From NCBI GenBank assembly GCA_963764695.1, contig CAVXTW010000015.1:157845-221844 (forward strand): DNA of 64,000 nucleotides, read 5' to 3'. Position numbers and translations under genes: made by a program. Source of the DNA: an uncultured delta proteobacterium (GTDB lineage: Bacteria > Myxococcota_A > Polyangia > Haliangiales > Haliangiaceae). This document shows positions 49,691 through 59,286 of this stretch, one piece after another (the first letter of the stretch is position 1; the number at the start of each line of letters is the position of its first letter). Below the pieces are notes generated by a model. The model had not been told where the DNA came from, made no database searches, and worked only from the letters and a program-made list of their open reading frames with translations.

Positions 49691-51011
49691 ATGGAACCCA
49701 TCACTGGTAGTTCGAGTCCGCCGTCGGATCTGTTCATCGTGCTCGAGCCGTTTCGCGCCGGGTTCGCCGACTTCGTGCGCGCGCTCGAACCGCTCAACGG
49801 CACCGCCAGCGACGGGACGCTGCTGGGCAGCGCCGACGTCTACTACCGGGCCGATACCGACATCGCGCTCCTGACCATCCGCCTCGACAAGGGCGGCATC
49901 ACGCCGCAGAAGCTGGCCTGGCTCACGTCGGTGGCGGCGCGCGCCGATCTGCCGGTGCTGGATCCGTCGCGGCTCGGCTTCAGCGACCGCAGGGCGTTCT
50001 ACGAGGACTACCTGCCCAACTACCGGGTGCGCGTCGAGGCGCGCGGCGGACCTCAAGAAGCTCTCGAGGAGCTGGCCCGCCTGCTGGCGCTGCCGGACGC
50101 GCCGCCCTTGCGGCCGGCCTCGTCACCGTCGGCCCGCCCGGCGCCGCAGGTGAGCAGCGAGGACTCCAGCCGCAGGACGGTCGAGACCGCGCCGCGCGCG
50201 CCCAGTGGCACCGAGCCGAACGGGCGCTACGGCTCGGCCCGCACCGTCGGCGAGAGCATCGGCGCGCGCTCGGCCAGCCGCCGCACCGCCGCCCCCCAGG
50301 CGTCGGGTCGCACGCCCCAGGCCACCAGCGCGCCGCAGCAGCCGACCGGCGCGCCGCCCGTCCGCGACTCCAGCGGCACCGGCAGGGACGGGCGGCAGAA
50401 GACGCTCGAGTACCAGTCGGCGCGCCGGCAGGGTCGCCGCCGGCCAGAGCCGGCGCTCACCACCCCCGAGGGGCAGCGCGTGCGCGAGCCGGACGAGTCG
50501 TCGCCCGCGGGTGCCAAGCCGGCCGGGCAGGTCACGCCGCGCGGCGCCGCGGTTTACCCGCTCGCGCGCGAGCTGTCCGGGCCGGTCACGCCACCGCCGG
50601 CGACGCCGACCGGCGTGGGCGCGCCGTCGGCCGCGGCATCCAAGGTGATCGTGCCGATGCCGGCATCGCCGCGCAGTACCGGCATCCCGATCATGATGCC
50701 GTCGACCGACTCGGACATGCCGCCGGGTGGGGTCACGCCGACCGGCACGTCGGCGTCGTCGCCGTCCGCGTCGGTGCCTCCGCCCTCGTCCAGCCGCGAC
50801 ACCGGGCCCGGGGCGGCGCTTCGCCGCGACACCGGCTCCGGGGCAACAGCCCTGCCCCGCCGCGACACCGGCTCCGGGGCATCCCCGCTTCCCCGCCGCG
50901 ACACCGATCCGGGCGCGCCCAGCCGCCGCGACACCGGTCCGAGCCGCGAGGTGGTCACGTCGCCGTCGCTGGCGCGCGACAGAATCCTCGGCGTCGTCGC
51001 CCGCCGGGACG
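49691..51011 (+). CDS. N-terminal part of a PilZ-domain protein gene (small folded domain plus long Ser/Pro/Thr/Arg-rich repeat region); 3' end uncertain
   Basis: Residues 1-140 look globular (DLFIVLEPFRAGFADFVRALEPL...YLPNYRVRVEARGG). About 300 low-complexity residues follow, including RRDTGxG repeats. The ORF runs on in this frame to 51262 into Arg-rich non-protein-like sequence. The PilZ part continues in the +1 frame from 51012. Confidence 0.5.
50791..50950 (+). repeat. five tandem copies of a roughly 36-bp (one copy 30-bp) repeat CGCCGCGACACCGGCTCCGGGGC inside the PilZ-protein gene
   Basis: Copies begin near 50791, 50822, 50859, 50895 and 50925. They encode the RRDTGSGA repeats. Confidence 0.6.
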
Positions 51012-52049
51012 ATGGCACCCGAGGGCAGCATCCCGCCGCCCACCGACGGCGTCCCGCGCAAGCGGCAGGCGCTGATCGTCGAGGACGAGGAGGCTCCACC
51101 GCTGCAAGTGCGCTTCCTGCGCGGCGACACGTGGGCGCCGGGCCGCCTGCGTGCGCTCAGCCTGCAGGGCGCGCGGCTGGCCGCGGCCGCTCCGCCGCGC
51201 CTGGGCGACCTGGTCCAGCTCGCGCTCGGGCTCGACCACATGGACGTGCACGTCAGCGGTGAGGTCACGCAGGTGACCGGCGCGGCCCAGGCCGCCGGCA
51301 GCGGCGAGCCGAGCGGCTTCGCCGTGCACTTCCGGCCGTTCGAGACCGGCGTGCGCGGCAAGCTGGTCACCCTGCTCAAGCGGGCCAAGCAGAGCGGCAT
51401 CTCGCTGCGGCCGCCGCCGCCGCGCGCGTCGGTGCGCTTTCCGGTCAGGTGGCCCACCGGCGTGATCACCTCGTGGGGCGAGCTCAGCACCGCATCGCTC
51501 GACGTGTCGCGCAGCGGCCTGTTCATCGCGGCCGGCACGGTGATAGGAGCGCGCGAGATCATCTTCCACCTGCCGATGGACACCAGCGGGCGCGCGCTGT
51601 CCGGGCGCGCCGAGGTGGCGCGCGAGGTGACCGAGGAGATGGCGACCCAGCGCGGCCTCACCCGCGGCTACGGCGTGCGCATCGTCAACTTCACGCGCAA
51701 CGACGGCGAGCGCTACGACTCGTTCCTCGAGCGCATCCGCCAGCGCACCGAGAAGCGGGTCATGATCGCCGCGCGCCGCGAGCGCGCCACCGACCTCGGG
51801 CGCGGCCTGATGGCGGCCGGCTACGCGGTGCACTCGGGCAACGATCTGGTCGCGCTGGCCGAGTCGATGAACGAGGCCGGGCCGCCGCCCGACGCGGCGC
51901 TCATCGACGCGACTCTTCTGACCTCGGATGCGAACGCCGCGGCGCTCAAGCGCGCCCTGCACACCAAGCAGGTGCCGTGCTTGACCCTGAACAACGAGCA
52001 GCCGGAGCGCGCACGCGCGGTGGTCGATCACCTGCTGCAGATCACGTAA
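51012..52049 (+). CDS. tandem PilZ-domain region plus C-terminal receiver-like domain (probably the C-terminal half of the upstream gene)
   Basis: PilZ motif 1 is PRKRQ followed by LSLQGA. PilZ motif 2 is RASVR followed by DVSRSG, the canonical RxxxR...DxSxxG. A C-terminal ~100 residues resemble a degenerate receiver. ATG 51012 is in the +1 frame relative to the upstream ORF. Confidence 0.6.
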   Translation: MAPEGSIPPPTDGVPRKRQALIVEDEEAPPLQVRFLRGDTWAPGRLRALSLQGARLAAAAPPRLGDLVQLALGLDHMDVHVSGEVTQVTGAAQAAGSGEPSGFAVHFRPFETGVRGKLVTLLKRAKQSGISLRPPPPRASVRFPVRWPTGVITSWGELSTASLDVSRSGLFIAAGTVIGAREIIFHLPMDTSGRALSGRAEVAREVTEEMATQRGLTRGYGVRIVNFTRNDGERYDSFLERIRQRTEKRVMIAARRERATDLGRGLMAAGYAVHSGNDLVALAESMNEAGPPPDAALIDATLLTSDANAAALKRALHTKQVPCLTLNNEQPERARAVVDHLLQIT

Positions 52050-52206
52050 GCGGCGCGGGAACGGCGCGGGTGCCGACGGAACAGGTTTGCCGGCTCGTGT
52101 GAGCCAGGTTTCCCCACGTCCACGTGATCACTTGCCCGCGGCTGCCTGCCAACTACACTGGATCGACGGCCCGTCCATCCGTCGTCAGCCCGAGGTCCCT
52201 TCCAGC

Positions 52207-52920
52207 ATGCATTCACACGTATCGCGCTCCGTTCGCGCGTCGGCGCTCGCTGCCGCCGCTCTCGCCGCTCTCGCGACCGTCGCCGCGCCTACGCGGGCCG
52301 ACGCGCAGCCGGGCGCCGAACCGCCCCCTCCGCCCGGCGAGGACGGCTACGGTCAGCCCCCGCCGCCTCCGGGTGGCGGCTACGGCGGCTACTACGGCCC
52401 GTACGGCCCGCCGCCGGATCCGACGCGGCGCGGCCTCACTCTCGGTTTCGGCGTCGGCCTCGGCGGCATGGACAGCGACTCGAACCTGACCGAGTGCTTC
52501 GACTGCAACTACGACCCGCTCGCGCTGGGATTCGACTTCCACCTCGGCGCCATGCTCAGCCCGAACATGGCGCTGCTCGGCGAGGTGTTCTTTCACGCCC
52601 AGAACATCGACTCGGACGGCTTCAACTGGATCAGCCAGACCATGCTTGTCGGCGCGCTGCAGTTCTGGCTGACGCCGCAGCTCTGGCTCAAGGGCGGCCT
52701 CGGGGTCGCCACGCTGCAGAGTCACTACGACGACGGCTACGAGTTCGACGACGACACCATCGACACCGGATTTGCGGTGCTGGGCGCGGCCGGCTTCGAA
52801 GTCCTGAGCTCGCCGTGGTTCGCCATCGACCTCCAGGTGCGCCTGGCGTCGGGCAGCTACGAGGGCGTCAACGAGCAGGTCAACGTCGGCACCGTCGGCC
52901 TCGGCTTCAACTGGTACTGA
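52207..52920 (+). CDS. outer membrane beta-barrel protein with Gly/Pro/Tyr-rich N-terminal linker
   Basis: Signal peptide MHSHVSRSVRASALAAAALAALATVAAPTRADA. A PPPPGEDGYGQPPPPPGGGYGGYYGPYGPPP linker precedes alternating beta-strands that end in the aromatic C-terminus GLGFNWY. Confidence 0.65.
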   Translation: MHSHVSRSVRASALAAAALAALATVAAPTRADAQPGAEPPPPPGEDGYGQPPPPPGGGYGGYYGPYGPPPDPTRRGLTLGFGVGLGGMDSDSNLTECFDCNYDPLALGFDFHLGAMLSPNMALLGEVFFHAQNIDSDGFNWISQTMLVGALQFWLTPQLWLKGGLGVATLQSHYDDGYEFDDDTIDTGFAVLGAAGFEVLSSPWFAIDLQVRLASGSYEGVNEQVNVGTVGLGFNWY

Positions 52921-52934
52921 GGCAGCGGGCGCCG

Positions 52935-52959
52935 GGGCGGCCCTTCGACGGGGCCGCCC
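52935..52959 (+). terminator. GC-rich hairpin 15 nt downstream of the OMP gene stop
   Basis: GGGGCGGCCC ttcgacg GGGCCGCCC forms a 9-bp GC stem with a 7-nt loop. No U-tract, as is common in high-GC genomes. Confidence 0.4.
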
Positions 52960-52978
52960 GCGCCCCGGGCCGCCCGCG

Positions 52979-53121
52979 AAACCGGTCCCAGGACCGTCGC
53001 GAGCGCCCCAGATGCAAGGCGCTGGTGGGTCCCGAAACCGGAGCGTAGTCGACCTACGTGAGGATTTCGGGGGGACCAGCAACGCAGCAGATGGGGCGCG
53101 CAGCAGGTCCTGGGACCGGTT

Positions 53122-53122
<1 letters not shown>
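52979..53122. repeat. 17-bp perfect inverted repeat (AAACCGGTCCCAGGACC / GGTCCTGGGACCGGTTT) bracketing 110 bp in the convergent OMP-clpX intergenic region
   Basis: The arms are at 52979-52995 and 53106-53122, and the second arm abuts the clpX stop codon. A related partial copy GGTCCCGAAACCGG lies at 53029-53042. An internal small hairpin CGTAG-tcgac-CTACG sits near 53046. Confidence 0.5.
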
Positions 53123-54433
<1,311 letters not shown>

Positions 54434-54462
54434 GGTTCTTCGAATCGTAACCTAGGGCGCCG

Positions 54463-55089
54463 TCACTTGTGATCGGGGCCGAGCTTCTTGTGGGGCAGGA
54501 CCTCGTCTACGATGCCGTACTCCTTGGCTTCGCCCGGTCCCATGAAGTAGTCGCGCTCGGTGTCGTTCTTGATCCGATCGACCGGCTGCCCGGTGTGGCG
54601 GGCCCACAGCGAGTTCAGGCTGTCACGCATCCGGAGGATCTCCTTCGCGTGTATGTCGATGTCGGTAGCCTGACCCTGATACCCGCCCAGGGGCTGGTGG
54701 ATCATGATGCGCGAGTGCGGCAGCGCCCGGCGCTTGCCCTTGGTCCCGCACGACAGCAGGAATGCACCCATCGACGCCGCCTGCCCCATGCAGATCGTCG
54801 ACACGTCGCAGCGCACGTACTGCATGGTGTCGTAGATCGCCAGCCCGGCCGTGACGTGACCGCCCGGCGAGTTGATGTAGAGCATGATGTCCTTCTCCGG
54901 CTCCTCCGACTCGAGGAACAGGAGCTGGGCGATGACGATGTTGGCGACGTCGTCGTTGATCGGCGTGCCCAGGAAGATGATGCGGTCCTTGAGCAGGCGC
55001 GAGAAGATGTCCCATCCGCGCTCCCCGCGGTGGGTCTGCTCGATCACGGTCGGGATGAGGATGCTGTTGCGCGGGTCCATGTCTCTCAA
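54463..55089 (-). CDS. clpP: ATP-dependent Clp protease proteolytic subunit ClpP
   Basis: The 208-residue product has active-site Ser in [11 protein letters not shown], His in MIHQPLGG and a downstream Asp. The gene is intact. Confidence 0.95.
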   Translation of the reverse strand: MRDMDPRNSILIPTVIEQTHRGERGWDIFSRLLKDRIIFLGTPINDDVANIVIAQLLFLESEEPEKDIMLYINSPGGHVTAGLAIYDTMQYVRCDVSTICMGQAASMGAFLLSCGTKGKRRALPHSRIMIHQPLGGYQGQATDIDIHAKEILRMRDSLNSLWARHTGQPVDRIKNDTERDYFMGPGEAKEYGIVDEVLPHKKLGPDHK

Positions 55090-55140
55090 GGGTAGGCTCC
55101 GGCGGACCCGGGCGCAACGCCAGCGCGCCGGCGACGGACC

Positions 55141-56565
55141 CTACCGGGATTCGGGATCGTGTGGTGCGGGCGCCTCGCTGGCCTCGGTCGGCGCGGGTGC
55201 CGCCGGCTCGCTCGCCGCTGCGCTCGCCTCACCCTCGGGCCCCGGCTCGGATCCGGGCTCGGATCCCGGGGCCGGCTCCGGCGCGGGCTCACGCACCGTC
55301 ACTTCAGCGTGCTGAACGAGCAGGTCCAGCGTCTTTTCCTGGCGGATCTGAAAGCGCAGCGAGTCGAGGCGGCCGTCACGCTCCATGTCGGCGCGCGCGC
55401 GGCCCGGAGCCTGCCCGGATGAGCGGGCCACCCGAGCTACCCGATCGTCCAGGTCCGCATCGGCGACCTCGATCCCCTCCAGGGTGGCGATCTGGTCGAG
55501 CAGGAGCTGGCCGCGCACGTCGTCGGCGGCGCTGGCGCGCAGCTTCTCGCGCAGCTCGCCGTCGAGCTCGCTGTTGTCCTCGGGCGACATGCCGAACAGC
55601 TGGCGCAGGCGGGCGTACTTGGATTCGATCGAGCGCTCGACAAGGCTGCCGGCCACCGGGATCGGGTTGCGCTTGACCAGCTCGGCCAGCGCCTCCTTGC
55701 GCACCTCGTCCTGGATGTCAGCCTCGACGCGCGCCTCGAGCTCCACGCGCACCACCTTCCTCAGCTCCTCGAGCGACTCGGCGCGGCCGGTGTCCTTGGC
55801 CAGCTCGTCGTCGAGCTCGGGGACATCCTTCTGGCGCGCGTCGAGCACCGTGACGGTGAGCGACGCGGTGCGACCGGCCAGATCGGGATCCGGATGCTCG
55901 GCCGGGATGGTGAGCTCGACGCGCTGATCGGCGGCGCCGAGCGGCAGTCCGAGCAGCGCGGCGCGCAGGCCGGGCAGAGGCTCGTGCTCCGGGTCGCCCA
56001 GGTCGACCGGCATCTGCGGCCGCTCCACCTCGTGCTCGCCTACCGTGCCCTTGAGCGAGATGGCGGCGATGTCGGTGTCGGCCAGCACCTCGCGGCCCTC
56101 GATCGGGCGCAGCTCGGTCTGCTCGCGGCGGATCTGCTCGAGCGCCATGTCAACGGCTTCCTCACCGAGGACGACCGGGCGCCGGCCCAGCTGCATGCCC
56201 TTCCACTCGCCGACCTGGATGTCGCCGCGCACCTCGATGATGGCGGTGAACGAGAACGGCTGGCCCGACTGGATCTCGGGCGCCTCCTCGATGCGCGGCT
56301 CCGACACCGCCTCGAGCTTGTGCTCGGTCACCGCGGTCATGAACGACTCGCGCACCAGCTGGACCGCGACCTCGGCGCGCACGCGCTTGCCGAACATGCG
56401 CTCGAGCACGCTGCGCGGCACCTTGCCCTTGCGGAAGCCCTTGAGCTGGACGCTCTTGGTGAGCTCGCGAAAGGCCTCGCCCATGCGAGTGTCAACCGCG
56501 TTCCAGGGCACCGAGACGATGAGCTTCTTCTCGACCGGGGAGACGTCTTCGATCTTGACCTGCAT
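55141..56565 (-). CDS. tig: trigger factor
   Basis: A ribosome-binding N-terminal domain ([11 protein letters not shown] signature) is followed by a PPIase-like middle domain and a C-terminal arm. An Ala/Pro/Glu-rich C-terminal tail is present. It is adjacent to clpP-clpX as in the classic tig-clpP-clpX-lon arrangement. Confidence 0.9.
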   Translation of the reverse strand: MQVKIEDVSPVEKKLIVSVPWNAVDTRMGEAFRELTKSVQLKGFRKGKVPRSVLERMFGKRVRAEVAVQLVRESFMTAVTEHKLEAVSEPRIEEAPEIQSGQPFSFTAIIEVRGDIQVGEWKGMQLGRRPVVLGEEAVDMALEQIRREQTELRPIEGREVLADTDIAAISLKGTVGEHEVERPQMPVDLGDPEHEPLPGLRAALLGLPLGAADQRVELTIPAEHPDPDLAGRTASLTVTVLDARQKDVPELDDELAKDTGRAESLEELRKVVRVELEARVEADIQDEVRKEALAELVKRNPIPVAGSLVERSIESKYARLRQLFGMSPEDNSELDGELREKLRASAADDVRGQLLLDQIATLEGIEVADADLDDRVARVARSSGQAPGRARADMERDGRLDSLRFQIRQEKTLDLLVQHAEVTVREPAPEPAPGSEPGSEPGPEGEASAAASEPAAPAPTEASEAPAPHDPESR

Positions 56566-56630
56566 GGCTGGGGCCGGGTCCTACCACATGGGCGCCGGCC
56601 TGGCGAGCCCCTGGGCGGGGGTCAGCGCCG

Positions 56631-57641
56631 TCAGCGGCGCAGGAGGTAGGTCGGTTCGCCGGTGCGGGCCACGCCGATGGCGACCATGTCGAGGCCCATC
56701 TGGGCCAGCTTGTGCATCAGGTGCTCCATCCAGGGCACCGGATCGGCGGCACCGACGATGCGGCCGATCTCGTCGGCGGTGAGCGGGGCGCGGCCGAGCG
56801 CGTCGAGCACGTCGCGCTCGAGCTGGGTGAGCTGCAGTCCCAGCGGCATGGTGCGGCCGACGAGCGAGGCGAAGGTGAGCTGCGTGCTGGCGGCCGGCGG
56901 CGCGGCCGGGACCGGAGGCATCGTCATGCTGCCGGTGCGCGGCCCTGGCATCGGAGGGGGCAGAAAGCCGGGCCGGGTGCGCGATCCGACCGATTCGGTC
57001 GAGGTCTCTGCCGTCGCGGACGCGGCCAGGCCGCCGAACAGGGGCGCCATCGGGATGGTCCCGCTGCGCGAGCGTCCGTCCGACGGTGGCGCGTGCGGCG
57101 GGGCCAGCACGGTCTGGCGGTCCGGCGGCGCGAACCCGGGCTGCGGATTGCCCTCGACCAGCATCGGGCGGCCCGTGCGTGCCACCAGCTCGGCCGGCTC
57201 GTAGTAGCCGTGGCCCATGCGCGTGGGGGGAGCGCCGGCCGGGACATCCGGCGGCGTGCCGGGCGCCCACAGATGGGTGGCCTTGTTCTCGAAGCGCGAG
57301 ACCTCGTCGGCCAGGCGCGGCGGGTTGCCCTTGCTGCCGGCCAGGCGGCGGGCGGCCAGCTCGAGCTCGGTGCGAAGCTCCTGGGCGCGGCCGTTAACCG
57401 GCGGCTCGACGTGGATGCCCCACTCGCCGTGCGGCTCGAGGCCGGCCGGCCCGATCGCCAGCACGATGCCGTGCAGCACGATGGTGGGGCGGGTCTGGTC
57501 GCCGCACGAGGCGAACGCGCGCATGAGAACGCGCTGCTCCGACCATGATTCGGCCACGACCATCACCGCCCGGTAGCGCGATGGCGGCGCGACCGGGCTG
57601 CGCAGCCACTCGTCGATGATGCGGATGCGCGCCAAGCGCAC
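56631..57641 (-). CDS. hypothetical protein (Pro-rich middle region); start uncertain
   Basis: The GC3-biased ORF lies upstream of tig on the same strand. The N-terminal alpha/beta-like segment is VMVVAESWSEQRVLMRAFASCGDQTRPTIVLHGIVLAIG. A long Pro-rich linker leads to a helical C-terminal domain. An internal Met at 57563 is the likely start, because the 5' end otherwise overlaps the divergent aldo-keto reductase gene. Confidence 0.45.
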   Translation of the reverse strand: MRLARIRIIDEWLRSPVAPPSRYRAVMVVAESWSEQRVLMRAFASCGDQTRPTIVLHGIVLAIGPAGLEPHGEWGIHVEPPVNGRAQELRTELELAARRLAGSKGNPPRLADEVSRFENKATHLWAPGTPPDVPAGAPPTRMGHGYYEPAELVARTGRPMLVEGNPQPGFAPPDRQTVLAPPHAPPSDGRSRSGTIPMAPLFGGLAASATAETSTESVGSRTRPGFLPPPMPGPRTGSMTMPPVPAAPPAASTQLTFASLVGRTMPLGLQLTQLERDVLDALGRAPLTADEIGRIVGAADPVPWMEHLMHKLAQMGLDMVAIGVARTGEPTYLLRR

Positions 57642-57693
57642 CTATAGTACACCGCTCCAGCGAGCATCCGATCCGAGCCACGGAGAGAATGAG

Positions 57694-58737
57694 ATGACCT
57701 ATTCGGCAGCACCCGGTCGCTACGAAGCCATGACCTATCGCCAGTGCGGGAGGAGCGGCCTGCGCCTCCCGCTGATGTCACTCGGGCTGTGGCACAACTT
57801 CGGCGAGGCCACCCCGCTGGCGACGCAGCGCGAGATGGTGTGCGCCGCCTTCGACCTCGGCATCACGCACTTCGATCTGGCCAACAACTACGGGCCGCCC
57901 TACGGCAGCGCCGAGGAGAACTTCGGCCGCATCCTGCGCGCCGATCTCGCCAGCTACCGCGACGAGCTCATCATCTCGACAAAGGCCGGCTGGGACATGT
58001 GGCCGGGCCCGTACGGCCAGGGCGGCGGCTCGCGCAAGTACGTGCTGGCCAGCCTCGACCAGAGCCTGCGCCGGATGGGGCTGGACTACGTCAACATCTT
58101 CTACTCGCACCGCTTCGACCCGGACACGCCGCTCGAGGAGACCATGGGCGCGCTGGCCACCGCCGTGCGGCAGGGCAAGGCGCTCTACGTCGGCATCTCG
58201 TCCTACTCGGCGGCGCGCACGCGCGACGCGGCGCGGCTACTTCGCGAGCAGGGCGTGCAGCTGCTCATCCACCAGCCGGCCTACAACCTTTTCAACCGCT
58301 GGATCGAGGGGGAGCTGCTCGACGCGCTGGAGGCGGAGGGGGTCGGCAGCATTCCCTTCACCTGCCTGGCGCAGGGCCTCCTCAGCGACAAGTACCTCCA
58401 GGGAGTGCCGGAGGACGCGCGGCCCAACCGGCCCGGCGGCGGGTCGTTCTCGCGCGACCACCTGAACGAGGAGAACCTGACCCGGGTGCGCGCGCTCAAC
58501 GAGATCGCCAAAGGGCGGGGCCAGACCCTGGCCCAGATGGCCTACGCGTGGGTGCTGCGCGATCCGCGGGTGACGACGGCGCTCATGGGCGCGTCGAGCG
58601 CGGCGCAGATCCGCGAGAACGTCGCCGGGCTGCAGAAGCTCTCCTTCACCGCCGACGAGCTGAAGGCCATCGACAAGCACGCGGTCGAGGGGCGCGTGAA
58701 TCTGTGGGAGAAGCCGAGCACCGACCGGCGGCCGTGA
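57694..58737 (+). CDS. aldo/keto reductase, L-glyceraldehyde 3-phosphate reductase (YghZ/Tas, AKR14)-like
   Basis: The product aligns by eye along its full length with E. coli YghZ (MTYRQCGRSGLRLPLMSLGLWHNFG...FDLANNYGPPYGSAEENFGRIL...ISTKAGWDMWPGPYGQGG...). A GGAGA RBS lies 7 nt upstream of ATG 57694. Confidence 0.9.
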   Translation: MTYSAAPGRYEAMTYRQCGRSGLRLPLMSLGLWHNFGEATPLATQREMVCAAFDLGITHFDLANNYGPPYGSAEENFGRILRADLASYRDELIISTKAGWDMWPGPYGQGGGSRKYVLASLDQSLRRMGLDYVNIFYSHRFDPDTPLEETMGALATAVRQGKALYVGISSYSAARTRDAARLLREQGVQLLIHQPAYNLFNRWIEGELLDALEAEGVGSIPFTCLAQGLLSDKYLQGVPEDARPNRPGGGSFSRDHLNEENLTRVRALNEIAKGRGQTLAQMAYAWVLRDPRVTTALMGASSAAQIRENVAGLQKLSFTADELKAIDKHAVEGRVNLWEKPSTDRRP

Positions 58738-58773
58738 TGCTGCGGCGCGGGTGCGTGGTAGCCTGAACAGCCG

Positions 58774-59286
58774 ATGGCACGCTCGCACGGCACCGGGGCC
58801 TTCGACCGCGCCGACCTGGCGGCCTGCGGCGAGGGCACCGTGTTCGAGCCGGGCGCGCTGGTGTTCCACCCGGAGAACGTCGAGATCGGGCGCGACGTCT
58901 ACGTCGGGCATCACGCCATCCTCAAGGGCTACTACCGCAACCGCATGCGCATCGGCGACGGGACGTGGATCGGGCAGCAGGCGTTCCTGCACTCGGCCGG
59001 CGGGCTGACCATCGGGGTGCGCGTCGGCATCGGGCCGGCGGTCAAGATCATCACGTCGAGCCACGAGCTGCCGGGCGACGTCGAAACGCCGATCATGGAC
59101 GGCGCGATCCGGTTCGCCGAGGTGGTGATCGAGGACGGCTGCGACATCGGCACCGGTGCGATCGTGCTGCCGGGCGTGCGTATCGGGCGGGGGGCGCAGA
59201 TCGGCGCCGGCGCCGTGGTGACGCGCGATGTGCCCGAGGGAGCGATCGCTGCGGGGGTGCCTGCTGTCGTGATGAGGGTGCGGTGA
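58774..59286 (+). CDS. hexapeptide-repeat (LbH) acyltransferase
   Basis: Tandem [LIV]-G-x4 hexapeptide repeats run through the protein (IGRDVYVGHHAIL, IGDGTWIGQQAFL, IGVRVGIGPAVKI, IGTGAIVLPGVRIGRGAQIGAGAVV). Product is 170 residues. Confidence 0.8.
   Translation: MARSHGTGAFDRADLAACGEGTVFEPGALVFHPENVEIGRDVYVGHHAILKGYYRNRMRIGDGTWIGQQAFLHSAGGLTIGVRVGIGPAVKIITSSHELPGDVETPIMDGAIRFAEVVIEDGCDIGTGAIVLPGVRIGRGAQIGAGAVVTRDVPEGAIAAGVPAVVMRVR

Noticed and set aside
55091-55145. Imperfect inverted repeat GGTAGGCTCCGGCGGACC ... CCGGCGACGGACCCTACC between tig and clpP
   Set aside because: Only about 12 of 15 positions pair and there is no U-tract. It may be a weak attenuator but is not convincing enough to call a terminator.
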